A stretch of DNA of 64,000 nucleotides from Cycas panzhihuaensis (Eukaryota > Plantae > Cycadophyta), in assembly GCA_023213395.1 (NCBI GenBank), contig CM041465.1, positions 251,851,741-251,915,740 on the forward strand, read 5' to 3'. Below the pieces are notes generated by a model. The model was not told where the DNA came from and did not search any database. It saw only the letters and a list, made by a program, of their open reading frames with translations. Made by a program: the position numbers and the translations under genes. Each line of letters opens with the position of its first letter. The first letter of the stretch is position 1. Below, piece by piece: positions 48,899 through 63,647 of this stretch.

Positions 48899-51800
48899 TG
48901 TTGAGAATACAAGGTCCCAACCCTTTAACCGCCACCAAGATCTATTACATTCTTGCAACTAGTTACAGAAATCGAACCTTAAAATTACATACAATTTCTA
49001 AAGCCAGAGATTATACAATAACATGAAAATGAAAGCCAAACATCACATGTGCACCCAATATAACATGGTAAAACCCTAGCAGTGTGTTAGGGAAACATCC
49101 ACATAAGAAAGGTATCGATCTTTTATTATTGTAGAATGGAAAAATAATACATCTCAGTAGTAGAGTGCTCTCAAGAACAACAACCAACCACTGCCCTCAT
49201 CATAGTACATTGCATTACATTACAACATAATAAGAAAAGCCCTAAAATGGACTACATGAGAAGAACATCTAAGACCTAAATCTCAACTGTAGAATCTAGG
49301 GTATTTATATCGAACGACCCTGATTCTCTTTACATTTTGATAAGGTTTACATGGCTAATTTTTCAGGTCAGGGCTATCGCCCCTGAACCCCCTCCTAGTA
49401 GGGGGCGTTCCACACCCCTGCACCCCTTGGCCAAGGGGGGCTCCTGCCCTCCTTGGAACCCCTCGAGAAAGATTAGGGGTGGAAACCGTGCCGAAAACAT
49501 GCCAAAATATTAGCCCCATAATTGTTGTCACAATATCCAACAATCTCCACCTTGACAACAATTACCCGGTACCTTTCATGGACCCTTCATCATCTTTTCT
49601 ACAAGCCAAGAGAAGTCAAACACCATTTGAACTTCTCTACTGGTACTAGTTTTGTGAATATATCAGCATAATTCTGATTGGTGTGAATCTTCTCAAGTGC
49701 CACTCCACCTGCTTCCACAACCTGTTTAACGAAATGGTACTTAAGAGCAATATGCTTTGTTATACTATGATAAGTTGGATTCTTAGCTAAGTAAATGGCA
49801 CTTTGACTATCACAAAATACCTTTACATTTTCCTATCTCCTTCCAAACTCAACCAATAGACCTTGTAACCATATTGCTTCTTTACAAGCATGTGCTACAG
49901 TAACATATTCAACTTCCATGGTTGACATTGCAATTGTGCTCTGCAATTTGGACATCCAACTAACTGGACCATTTGCAAGAGTAAAAACATAATCTGAAGT
50001 AGACCTTCTTTTGTCTAAATCTCCTACAAAGTCTAAATCGACATATCCATAAACTTGATTACCTATACCTCCAAAGGTGATGCAGTAGTCACTCGCGCCT
50101 CTCAAATACCGAAGCACCCATTTCACTACAGCCCAATGTTCCTTTCCTAGATTTTCCATAAACCTACTAACTACACCGACTGCATGTGAAATATCAGGTC
50201 TTGTACATACTATAGCATACATCAAACTTCCTACTGCACTGGCATAAGGCACATGAGACATATAAGCCTTTTTTATTTACTACTAGGACTCATATTCGAA
50301 GAAAGCTTGAAGTGGGAAGCCAATGGGATACTCACTGGTTTCACAATTGCCATGCTAAACCTGGTTAGCATCTTCTCTACATATTTCTATTGTGATAACC
50401 ATAGCTTACCATTTTTCCTGTCTCTGTGTATCTCCATGCCTAAGATTTATTTTGCAGGTCCTAGATCCTTCATATTAAAAGTCTTAGCCAATTGAGCCTT
50501 TAGCTTATTGATTTCTTCCATGCTCTTGCTTGCAACTAGCATGTCATCAACATATAACACCAAGATAATGAATAAGCCATTGTCTATAAATTTAAAGTAA
50601 ACACAATAATCATACTCACTTCTTTTGAAATTTTGTCTCTCCATGAAGGCATCAAACTTCTTGTACCACTGCCTGGGTGATTGCTTCAGACCATACAATG
50701 ATTTCTTGAGCCTACAAACAAGTCTTTTCCTGCCATCTTGTACAAACCCTTATGGTTGATCCATATAGATCTCCTCATCTAAATCTCCATGTAGAAAAGT
50801 TGTTTTTACATCTAACTGCTCCAACTCCAAATTGAGAGAAGCTACCAATGCTACCAACACTTGAATTGAATCAAGTTTAACAACTAGTGAAAAGATCTCA
50901 TGAAAGTTAATACCTGCTTTCTGTGCAAAACCTTTAGCCACCAATCTTGCTCTATATTTATCAATCTTTCTATCAACATATGTTTTCTTTTTTAAAACCC
51001 ACCTGCAACCAACAGTCTTCTTGCCATGTGGAAGTTCTACCAAGTCCCATGAATTATTTTTCTTCAAGGCATCTATCTCTTCCTACATAACCCTTATCCA
51101 CTTCTCTCCATAGATATCATCTACTGCTTCTTAATAACATGTAGGCTCACCATCATTAGAAACTAAAGCAATAGAAATAGAAGGGATGTACTTGTCAGGT
51201 GGATGACTAACTTATGTAGATCTTCTGGCTGTTGGCAGAGGAGTGTCCACATACTCATATGAATCTGTTACTGATTTATCTTCAAAAAGATCTTCATACT
51301 CTTCTAATTCCATAGATGGCTATATTTCAAACTTGACTTGTTGATGTTCATCTTGCTGCTTATGTTTCATTTCAGCTTCTACACTGTCTAAGTTTACAAG
51401 GGGAGATTCATCAAATATGACATCTATGTTAATGGTGATTTTGTGGGCAGTAGGATCCCACAACCTGTATCCCTTCACACTATCCTTATCACCATAACCA
51501 ACAAAGATATATCTCTTGGATTTTGGGTCTAACATTGAACGTTTACTTTTGTCAGTCTAAGCATAAGTATCACAACCAAAAACTTCTAAATTCGAATAAT
51601 CACATGGATGTCCAGTCCATACCTCTTCAGGAATTTTACAATCTATTACAAGTGATGGTGACTTGTTTACAAGATAGTAAGTTGTTTGAACAGCTTCTGC
51701 CTGCAAGCCCTGCTCCACTCCTACATTACTTAGCATGCTTCTTACTCTTTCCAAGAGTGTCCTATTCATGTGCTCAGCAATGCCATTTTGTTACGGAGTA

Positions 51801-53978
51801 TAGCTAGCGGTCTTGTGTCTTTCAATCCCAGCTTCTCTACAATAGTTCTCAAACTCCAAGGAGTTGAACTCACCTCCATTGTCAGTTCTTAAATATTTGA
51901 TTCTCTTACCAGTATTGTTCTCAACTAAAGCCTTGAACTGCTTAAACACATTGAAAACTTCATATTTCCTTTTCAAAAAATAGACCCATACCTTCCTGGA
52001 GTAATCATCTATAAATGTGACAAAATACAATGATCCTCCACAAGATATTTTAGGGGTTGGTCCCCATACATCTGAATATATGTAATCTAAAACACATTTA
52101 CTAGTGTGACTCCCTACTTTAAACCTGAGTCTACAATGTTTTCCAAAAATATAATTTTTGCAGAAAGTCAAGTCTAAAAGTTGCAAGTTAGAAAGCAACT
52201 TATGGTTTGTCAGCACCTTAAGTCCTTTCTCACTCATGTGCCCAAGTCTCTGATGCCATAGCTGAGCAGGATCTTCTACAGTCTTTAACATTGTAGTTGC
52301 TTGACTAACATCTGTACTTCTCACTAAAATGTAAAGATTTCCTTTCTTTAAGGATTTCATAACAACCAAGGTGCCCTTTGACACCTTTAGGACTCCTTCA
52401 TGATCTATATACTTAAAACCACCCGAATCTAATTCACCCAAGGAAATCATATTCCTTTTCAAATCAAGTACATGTCTAACTTTAGTTAATGTTTTGACTA
52501 CCCCATCGAACATCTTAATTCTGATGCTACCAATGCCTACTGTCTTACAAGAAACTTCATTTCCCATCAGCACATCACCACCATCAAGAGGTTGGTATGA
52601 TGAGAACCAACTCTTATATGGACACATGTGGTGCGAAGCACCTGAATCTAATAACTAGTCATGGTGATAATGAGAAACATTACAAGCGACCAAGACATCA
52701 TCATCCATACCTTTATTTGACTCCACCTGATTCACCTCCTTGGCAGGATCTTCCTTTTTATAGAACTCTTTCATTTTGTAACAATTCTTTTTGAGGTGAG
52801 CGGTCTTATTACAATACCAAAACCTGAGCTTACTCTTTTTGCTCTTTGACTTGGACCTCGTTGTATCCCTAGAGTTTTGTCCTCTCTCAAATGTTCTACC
52901 CCTTACTGTCATGGCTTCTGGTGTGGAGGTCTCAAGACTAGACTTCCTCTGTACTTCTTCTATTAGTAAAGCACTCACAACAGAATCATATTTGAATTCA
53001 TCTATAGTACTAAAACTAATTTAGGTGATAATATTATCCCAGGATTCAGGTAATGAGTATAACAGGATAACAACCTTATCCTCATCCTCAATTTTAACAT
53101 CGATACTAGTCAATTGACAAATAAGAGTATTAAAAATATTTAAATGGTCAACAATTTTTGTACCTTCCTTCATCCGTAACTAAATGGGTTGCCTCTTGAG
53201 TAGATTTGATTACATCTTGATTTGGTCATATACAAGCCTTCCAACAGGGTCCATAATCTTGCTGATGTCTGCTCCTCTGCGATGTTAAACAAAACTTCAT
53301 CTGCTAAGCACAATCGTATTGTGCTAAATACCTTTTTGTCTAAATCATCCCATTCATCATCATCCATCCCTGCGAGTTTCTTCGATTTACCAATAAGGGC
53401 TTTGTACAAACCCTGTTGTATAAGAATATCATACGCTTTTAGCTTCCATAACTCGAAGTTATTCTTACCATTGAATTTCTCCACCTCAAATTTTACACCT
53501 ACTAGTTTCGCCATTTGGTGTAGAAAAGCCGATACCAAAACCTTCACAAACTCGTTGCAAGAAAAAGAGTAGCTCTGATACCACTTGTTGAGAATATAAG
53601 GTCCCAACCCTTTAACCGCCACTAAGATCTATTACATTCTTACAACTAATTACAGAAATCAAAACTTAAAATTACATGCAAGTTCTAAAATCAGAGATTA
53701 TACAATATCATGAAAATGAAAGCCAAACATCACATGTGCACCTGATATAACGTGGTAAAACCCTAGCAGTGTGCTAGGGAAACATCCACACAGGAAAGGT
53801 ATCGATCTTTTATTATTGTAGAATGGAGAAACAGTACATCTCGGTAGTAGAGTGCTCTCAGGAACAACAACCAGCCGCCGCCCTCATCACAGTACATTGC
53901 ATTACATTACAACATAATAAGAAAAGCCCTAAAATGGGCTACATGAGAGGAACATCCAAGACCTAAATCTCAACCGTA
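48899..53978 (-). mobile_element. Tnt1/Tork-like Ty1/copia element (G); 5' LTR truncated
   Basis: 3' LTR at 48899-49542 (644 bp); 5' LTR remnant at 53586-53978 (~30 mismatches); perfect PBS (rc gctctgatacca) at 53572-53583; PPT rc atctccacctt at 49543-49553. Confidence 0.93.
49599..53514 (-). pseudogene. Disrupted gag-pol of element G
   Basis: KFEVEKFNGKNNFELWK gag; LWHQRLGHMSEKG; YFVTFIDDYSRKVWVY integrase; RARLVAKGF, YGLKQSPRQW and LYVDDML RT; VPYASAVGSLMYA...TRPDI; RNase H. These motifs are Tnt1-like. Confidence 0.95.
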
Positions 53979-54654
53979 ATTTGACTTTTATTTAATGGCT
54001 TTCCCTAAGCATTTTGATGTATAATTGATGATAATTGATGTGTGTTGTAATGTTTTTTTCATATATGATTTAATAAACATTTAAATACATTTTTCAAGTA
54101 AAATGTTTAATGAATACTAAATTATAGGTTCTTAGTAAGAGTTAAATTGGTGATTTAAAATGTACTTTCTTCAAAGGAGACTTTTCAATGCTTTAAGTGG
54201 GATTATAATGTGCCTATAATGTATCATTTAATGCACCCTAGGGTATTCTAATAGATGATTCAACACAAATATTATAGAGCACATTAACAAATAATTTGAG
54301 GCATATGTATAAAGGCATAAATGATTACATATATCCTGGCAATATTTACATAAATGGCAATCAAAAAACCTACATACATTCCACCATTTAAAATGAGAGG
54401 GAACACCTTAAATTGTAAAGCATAACTTAAGAAATTATGGTGCCAAATCACTATCTTATCTAAGACTCCTCCATGATGATTCAAGAACAAGTTACATCTC
54501 TAATCCCATTCATGTTTAGTAATCATAATTGTTAAAGAAACATTCAAATATATAAAACGATCAAGTCACACTAACATATGATAATTTACCCCATCATTTG
54601 ACCATTCATTTACATCCAAAGACACTATGAGTTTGTTTTCAAGTCCTCATGCAT

Positions 54655-55430
54655 ATAAAATCCCCATTCTCAAAATGTTGTCCAAAATAATGATCTATTT
54701 TCCACCCAATCATATGGTATGTTGAGGGTGGAAAATTATGATTCCTCTTCTCAGCAACTAGTTGTTGGTACCTTTATCCCTTATAAAGTGTGCTTGGACC
54801 CATCTTGTATGAATTGCATAAACTTTTTGGGTGTCTTATAATGTAGGTTCCTAAGTTTTCAAACGGTTGAATCCTCAGGGTAACATCTACCCCCTCTAGG
54901 TGTTATAAAGAAATCAAATTCCTACTTGTCCTCACCCATCCTTAATTGTACTTACCTTATTTCTCCTTCATAGTGTAGGAGTCAATTTTTTAGTACCAAT
55001 ACTAAGAAATCTTAGTTGTTCTCTATATGAAGTCCTAATTACCTTATTTTTTGGAGTTGATGGGTTGTGTGTACTTCTATAGTCAATAAAAAACATAACT
55101 CGACAGTCTTTAATGCTTCCCACAGTCTTAAGAATGTCTAGGATGTGCACTCTTATCATAGCTAATAGAGATAGCTTTGGTTGTCTTAATTTATATTTAA
55201 TACTTGATCATTTCCTTCATGCTCTTATCATTTGGTTCCATGTAATCTTTTATCGGTTTGGACATATAGGGTTGTCTCTTCTTGCCCTAACAATTTTTAT
55301 GTTGATATCGTGTACATTTTTCATTGCAATTCTAACAAAGTTTGTCATCCCTTCTTTTGTGGCTCTTTTGTTGGAGTTGATGAAGGTAATTGTCTTCACC
55401 ATGTTGGTCCATGAATCTCCATGACACCTG
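54655..55430 (-). mobile_element. Remnant of a second gypsy-type gag-protease element
   Basis: Protease motif LKTVGSIKDCRVMFFIDYRSTHN (54968-55159 ORF), followed within ~420 bp by a PPT-like gagaatgggga at ~54662-54672 with no RT in between. Confidence 0.55.
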
Positions 55431-55621
55431 CTTTAGAGTTTGATGTTTTTATAAGGACATGTACCTATTATATTATTGAAATATTAATATAATTATGTGC
55501 CATTATACCTTTGTAAGATTATCTTAGATAGCTCTGTTATTAATATTTAAATAAAGAATATTATTAAATTACATTTTAATTTTATTATTATGGATAATTA
55601 GGTGATCTATTGGTTTTCCCA

Positions 55622-58600
55622 ATCCCCGAAGAGGTTATTCAGAGGGAATCCCCCCTGAGAGGTAAGGAGCTGGAGAATCGTGATGTTGAGGTCGATTATA
55701 CATCTAGACCAGGTTTTAACCTAGAAGAGGAAGACACCCTCTATGAGGAGGGGGAGGAAGAGATGAGGGCTAGACTAGAGGACTCCCAGCATTAACCAGA
55801 AAACTTACAGGCGGGCTTGGAGTTGGAAATCCCTTAAGAGGAAGGTGGGTTGGCCCCTGAAAGGGCTGAGATATGCTACCCTCAAAAGGAAGAGGATATT
55901 ATCCCAGAGAGCCTAGAGGAGTACAGGAAATTTGAAAAAGTATGGAAGGATAGGGATGCGAGGAGTCAAGGAGCTGCAAGGGATGTTGTTCCCAAAGGGT
56001 CAAACTTGGGCAGTAAGAAAAGATTGGGGAGGCCATTAGCTAAGGTGATGCGGGAGAGGGACGCAGCGATCCAGATTGACCAGGGGATATAAAGAACATT
56101 GAGAGATGGAGGACTAAGGCAGGGGTCCAAAACTAGAAGCAAGAAGTGAGGTCAGGAGCCCGCAAGGGGTTATCATCCTGAAACTAGCTTCCTAGAATAT
56201 CTGGGGCATAAATGCTCCATCAAAGTACAAGATGGTTAGAGAGATGTAGTCATCTAAAGCTAGACATTTTATTGATCCAAGAGATTAAAATGACTACTGA
56301 AAATAAGGCAATTATGCAAAACAAAATTTGAAAAGGATCTAAGTGGATCATGATTGATGGGAACAGGGGGTCTAAAGGATTGGCCACCCTCTGGGATCCC
56401 AGAGGATGGGAGGGAGAAGCCTTCCTTACTACGGAGCACTTTATTTCCTGTTGGCTAACAAGTAAAGAAACTAATAGCAAATGGTTAGTCACCAATGTAT
56501 ATGCCCCCCTAATGTAGGAAGGGAGGAGGCAATTATGGGATAGGTTGTTGGTGGCCCATAAGGATTGGTTGGGTCCTTCGCTAATAGTTGGAGACTTCAA
56601 CATGGCTCTTTCCCCTGAGGAAAAGAAAGGGAGTCAGATAGAATGGACTAAAAGTATGGAGGACTTGGGGGCTTTCCTATAGAAGGGAGGTTTGATGGAC
56701 GTGCCCCTTAGAGGTCCTAAATTCACGTGGTCAAATAAAAGACTGGTCGTAGGTCACATTCAGGTAAGATTAGATAGAGTGGTCACTAACTTTTCTTGGT
56801 TTAGCTAACAGAGCAATATCAGATTGGAAGTTATGCTAAAGTCAGTCTCAGATCACTCCATATTAGTTCTGGGTTGGGATGGGCCTAAGAGGCATAAAGG
56901 CTTGCCCTTCTGGTTCGAGCTTATGTGGATTAAGGATCCTGGGTTGCAAAACCTGTTGGAAGAATGGTGGGCGGAACCTGCATAGGGATGTGCTATGAGG
57001 AGGTTTTCGATTAAATTAAACAGGGTCAAGTAGCAGCTAAAGGTGTAGAATAAGACCTCGCATAGGGATATCTTTGTCAAAAAAGAAGAGATATTGGAAG
57101 AGTTGAAAGGCCTAGAAGAGCAAATCTAGGGCCAAGGTAGGACATTAATCCTTGACCAGAAAGAAAAAAGGCTCATCTCTAACCTAGAAGGAATCTTATC
57201 AAAGGAAGAAATATTCTAGAGGCAAAAGTCTAGGGCGTTGTGATTGGCAGAGGAGGACATGGATACCAAATTTTTTCATATGACTACAGTTAAACATAGA
57301 GCGAGCAACTATATCAGAAGTTTACTGAATAAGAAAGGGGAGAAGATTGAGTAGGATAAATTAAAAGGGGTGGTTGTGGAATATTTTATGGATCTATTCA
57401 ATGAGCATGGATGTGCGGATAAGGATACCAGAAAGGATGCGCTAGCCTGGATTCCTAAGAAGGTGGGATTTGCCATGAATAAAGTATTGGAAGCCCCCTC
57501 CACTCTAGTTGAAGTAGAGAAAGCGATGTATGGTATGAAGAAAGACAAAGCCTTGGGTCTGGATGGCTTCCCTTTGGGGTTTTATCAGGAATATTGGGAT
57601 ATAATTAAAGAGGATTACCTCGAGGCTATGAAGGAATTTTTTGAAAATGGAAGGATTCGTGGAGAATGGCAAGCAACGCTCCTAGTTATAATACTTAAGA
57701 AAGGGGATGCGAAAAAAATGCAAGACTTCAGGCTGATTAGTCTTTGTAATGTGAAATACAAAATTTTGGCAAAGATCTTGGCCAACATGTTAAAGGAGTT
57801 TCTCCCTATATTAATAGGTTCCAATCAAGACGATTTTATGAAGGGGAGACAGATTCTAGATGGTATAATTGTGGTTCATAAAATAATCCACTCAACTTCA
57901 TAGAGGAAAGACCCTGGAATAATTGTAAAGATTGATCTATCCAAGACATATGACAAGGTCTCGTGGGGATGTCTCTTGGATTGTATCAGGGCTTTCAGCT
58001 TTGGGGAGTGAGGGTTGTATTTCCAAGCCTAGCTTTTCAGTCATTATTAATGAATCCTCTACAGCCTTTTTTCTAGGATATAGAGGGCTTAGACAAGGGG
58101 ATCCCATAGCTCCTTACTTGTATATATTTATGGTTAAACTATTTGGAAGGTCCATGGAGGAAGCTAGGACTTTGAGGAAGATATCTGGGCTAATCCCTAC
58201 ATCGGGGGTTAATAATGTGGTCCATAGATAGTTTGTGGATGATAATATTCTTTTGAGTAAGACCTTCATAATGGATGCAAAAGCTATGAAAGCTTAATTG
58301 CAAAGACTGGAGATTGCCATAAACCAAAAGGTAAAATTAGAGAAGAGCAGTTTTTCTTCATGAATACCTTGGATAGGACACAAAGGACTATAAGCAGAAT
58401 TTTGGAGATGCCCATTAGGACCCACCCTACTTGGTATTTAGGTATGCCCCTGTTTATGGGGAAAATGTAGAAAGACCTGTGGAACCTGATCATTGGTTGG
58501 GTTCAAAGGAAGCTGGTAGGATGGAAAGGGGCCCTTCTAAGTCAGGCTCATAAACTTCAATTATTGGTGGCATCTCTTCAGAGTATCCCAATATATATGT

Positions 58601-60487
58601 TGTCTTTGTTTAGGTGCCTTGTGAAGGTTATAAGGGCTTTGGAGTTGATTCATAAAAGGTTTCTTTGGTCTAGATCTGAGGATAGGCAAAGAGTTCATTT
58701 GGTGTTGTGGGAAAAAGTTTGTTGCCCTAAATGGGCTGGCGGCTTAAATGTCAAGGACATAACTTATTTTAATAGGGCTCTGATTGCTAAATTAGGTTGG
58801 AGCCTTGTTATTAAGGAGGAGAAATTCTGGTGCAAGTTAATTACCAAGAAATACCTCAAGGGCAACCGGTTTTTTAATTTTATTCCCTCTAGAATTGGAT
58901 CGATTATTTGGAGGAGCCTTTTGTCTGTTAGGGAGATGTTGGTCTTAGGAGCCCAATGGAGCTTGGGGGATGGAAAATCTATTGAGTTTTGGAAAGACAT
59001 CTGGTGCGGAAAATCCCAGTTATCTTCAAATGTGACTCTTGCCCCCCTGCAGGCTGAGTGCAAGAGAATTTATGGGAACAAAGTGATTGACTATCTAGTT
59101 GATTGGGAAGAAGGGAAAGATTGGATAAATTTTAGTGATATCTCATTGAGCTAGGAGTACAAACAATAGATTTCAGTGCTTAGGAATGAGCTTAACAAGA
59201 TTTATATTCCCAAATTTCCTAAGAATGATGTATTAGTTTGGACGGGCTCCAAGTCTGGGACCTATATAATCAAGTCAGGATACTTGTCCTTAATAACAGA
59301 AAGAGGGTTAAATAAGAATAACCTTTTAGGCAGAATTTGGACTATGGGTTTGATTCCAAAGCTTGTTATCTTTTGGTGGCTGACCTTGAAAAACAAGATT
59401 CTCACCGTGGACAACTTAAGGGAAAAAGGCTTTTGTTTTGGTAAACAAATGCATTCTCTATCTCCAAGTGGGGGAATCCTTAGATCACCTCATCTTGCAT
59501 TGTCCCTATACTGGGGAGGTATGGACGAAGCTATGGGTAGCCTTTGGGGAGAACTAGATCCTCCCCGATTCAATAATGAATCTAGTGGAGCCCTGGGTTT
59601 GCCCGTTTAGAAGCAAAACTCTAAATTCCTTGCGGTCCTCCTCGTTACCTATGTTGACTTAGGATATTTGGAAAGAGAGGAATAGGCATATATTCCAAGA
59701 GAAGAAAATGAGTGAATAGAGGTTATTATAGATCATTTCAGCAGCCCTGAAGGAGAACCTCAAGGTAGAGGAGACTGATTTTATTCCGCTTATTAAACAG
59801 AGGATTCTTGCAGATTGGGAGTGGAGAATTTTATTATAAAACCCAGGCTGGAGAGGTTGGGGCTATGGAGCCCCCCGCCAACAGATTGGGTTAAATTAGA
59901 CTTTGATGGAGCATCAAAAGGTAATCCTAACAAGGCCGGGGGAGGAGGAGTTTGCAGAGATAAAGATGGCAGGATTATATGGGCCTTCGATGAATATTAT
60001 GGTATCCAGACCAACCATAGGGCAGAGCTTGAAGCAATGCATAAAGTGGTGGACCTTGCTTCTAAAGAGGGATGCCCGAGAGCCATAGTGGAAGGTGATT
60101 CAATAAATGTGGTCAAGTTGATCAGAGGTGAAGCTGAGCCAAAGTGGAAACACAGTGCTATGATTGATGATATGAAGATGCTACTCCAAAGCAGGGACAA
60201 TGCCCAGGTGAGTCATATTTATAGGGAAGGAAACAAGATCGCGGATAGGTTGGCTAATTAGGATGTTCTTTCTAGAGCTTCAGAGGTTTGGAAGGAAGGC
60301 TTTCCTGAAGAGATTATGGGTATGGCCAAAATGGAAGGATTTGTTGTAAAGTAGGTTGAATTGGTTTTGTTTGTTTAACTAGGTCATGTGCTTGTCACGA
60401 TCGATTGTGTTGCCTCATTGGCAGATGGATGTATAGGGGTTGGGGCCCCCTTTTAGCCCCCATTTATTTAAACCAAATAAAAACAAA
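55622..60487 (+). mobile_element. 5'-truncated L1-clade LINE with a C-terminal RNase H domain
   Basis: 17-bp TSD atctattggttttccca (55605-55621/60488-60504); A-rich tail at 60469-60487; ORF1 3' end at 55622-56150, then ORF2. Confidence 0.93.
56178..60354 (+). pseudogene. LINE ORF2 (AP endonuclease, RT, zf-RVT, RNase H), disrupted
   Basis: KLAS*NIWGIN, VGDFN, RLDR, SDH (endonuclease); KALGLDGF, DFRLISLCNVKYKILAKILAN, GLRQGDPIAPYLY, FVDD (RT); WVKLDFDGASKGNPNKAGGGGVCRD...VEGDS...HIYREGNKIADRLAN (RNase H). Confidence 0.93.
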
Positions 60488-60520
60488 ATCTATTGGTTTT
60501 CCCATTATGCGAATAATGGA

Positions 60521-61697
<1,177 letters not shown>

Positions 61698-62787
61698 CTT
61701 ATCCACTCCATGCACAATGCGCTAAAGATATAATTGATTGTGATGTAATTTTTCTATTATTATTATTTACTCTACTTAAAGATGGTATTTTTTAGTTAGA
61801 AGGGCTTTCCACCTCCCAAATCTGTGATGTTGTTTTGTGTGATTGCTATGGCCCAATTTCTTCTTCGATCTCATGTTTCTTGTGTATCTGTAATGATTCT
61901 AGCATGGTCTCTGAACATATAATGCAATCATCAAAATAGGAATTCAACCAAATCTCTTAAAATTCTCTTAGGTATGCATATATTTTATTTATTTATTTTC
62001 CTCCTCATAATAATATTTCTTGTTTAAACTAGTATTTGCTTAGATTCTGTAGTAAAAAAGGCTATCCTACAAAGTGAAAGGCAACTTAAGACCATTACTA
62101 GTGATTTTCCTTTTTTTTTTTATTGCAAAAAAAAAATGAATTAATTGAACAACAAAACTATATGAAATAAATTAAACATGTCATTCAATCTAGGCTAAAA
62201 TTTGACATATATATAATGATTGAATGCTCCAAATAATATAAAAACAAAGGTGGGAGACCACCTCATTGGTTATATTAATAAGTTAAATAGTACATTTACT
62301 AGGATTCACAATCCCAAAGTGTCCAATATACCTAACAAAACCTAAATCCCTTTCTTCCTACTTTCTACATAGTATTGTCCTCATAGACAATTAAATACAC
62401 CAAAAAAAAAAAGTTTCTCTTGAAAAATCTTGCACAACAAGGTATTATAGTTAAATATTACATTTATGGTTCAAAACCATAATAAAATCTTGTATAAGCA
62501 AAATGTTTCATTCTATAAAAATATCCTATGCATAATAACATTCCTGCATATAAACTTCTTTTTTCATCTCTAGTAGAATTTCTCGTAAGCACATCCACAT
62601 ACATATTAGCATACATTTATGAAGCCATTGAATAATAAATAAAAACCCAAAAAATAAAAATAGAGGTGTGTGTGGGGGGGGGAGGGGAGTTTGGGGGTTT
62701 GCGCATAGAGAATTCTCCATTCATTAATGTCATTTGGTCTCAACATGAGATCATAGTTTAACATTGCATATGTCCTTCCATCAAATA

Positions 62788-62956
62788 AACCTTTACATGC
62801 TCCCTACACTTAACTTGTATTGTAGTATACATGAATGTATGTGTGCATACCTTGCACTAAATGGTCATTGCCTTCTTACTAGATGCAAGTTGACTACCTT
62901 TAACAAGCTTCATTTTCTTAAGGAGTCTTGGGTTTCTAGCCATTATTGCCCCCTAC
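62788..62956 (-). pseudogene. Intronless pseudogene of the small plant SERF/ZNF706-like zinc-finger protein (At2g23090-like family)
   Basis: The minus strand reads GGNNG*KPKT, then after a frameshift KKMKLVKGSQLASSKKAMTI*CKVCTHTFMYTTIQVKCREH. This matches the family pattern as I recall it: MGGGNxQKxxxAR...KGSQLExNKKAMSIQCKVCMQTFxCTTSEVKCREH. The C-terminal KHPK segment is missing. Confidence 0.78.
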
Positions 62957-63647
62957 TGATCTCGAGTGCTCACCATCACATAGTTTCGCAGACTACCTAT
63001 GTTAATCAAGGAGCCATCATTCAATTCTACAAATCACATTGTTCATTATATACCAGTCACATTTGCTACCATCCATTTAACTTACACTCTGCAAGTTTAC
63101 AATAGTTGTCTAAAGCCATTAACATTGGAAAGCCATCGTTCACTGCCAACAACCTCCATTCAATCTGTAAAATAAATTGTAATAACAAAAATTTTATGAT
63201 TTATATGACCCAAAACCTTATTGCCCTACATTGTTTGATACATCTATTGGTCAACAATAAAATGTAATTTATTTTTTATCTATAAAAGTTTTGAGTCAGG
63301 TATGGTGATTTACACCACCCCTTCCAACCTAATAACATTTCATTCAATCAATCTTTATGGTATTAATTCCCTGCCTCAAAAACTTATAACATTATATTGA
63401 ATGATCCTTTACAACATAAACCCACCCCCACTCTTAAATATCATGTCAAATAGTTCCATGGCATTCAAACTCATATCCATTTTGCTAAAAGATTAGTCCA
63501 CCATACATTAAACATATATGCCTAATGTACAGTCATTTACTCCATAGTTTTTTTCCTTTCTTTAATAACACACTTCCACACAATGTTTTTTAATGTTATT
63601 TAACACATTTTAAAAGATATTTCTTTGAATTTTTATAATTCATATTT

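Noticed and set aside
62764-63105. 113-aa plus-strand ORF
   Set aside because: Antisense shadow of the minus-strand SERF/ZNF706-like pseudogene; no recognisable motif.
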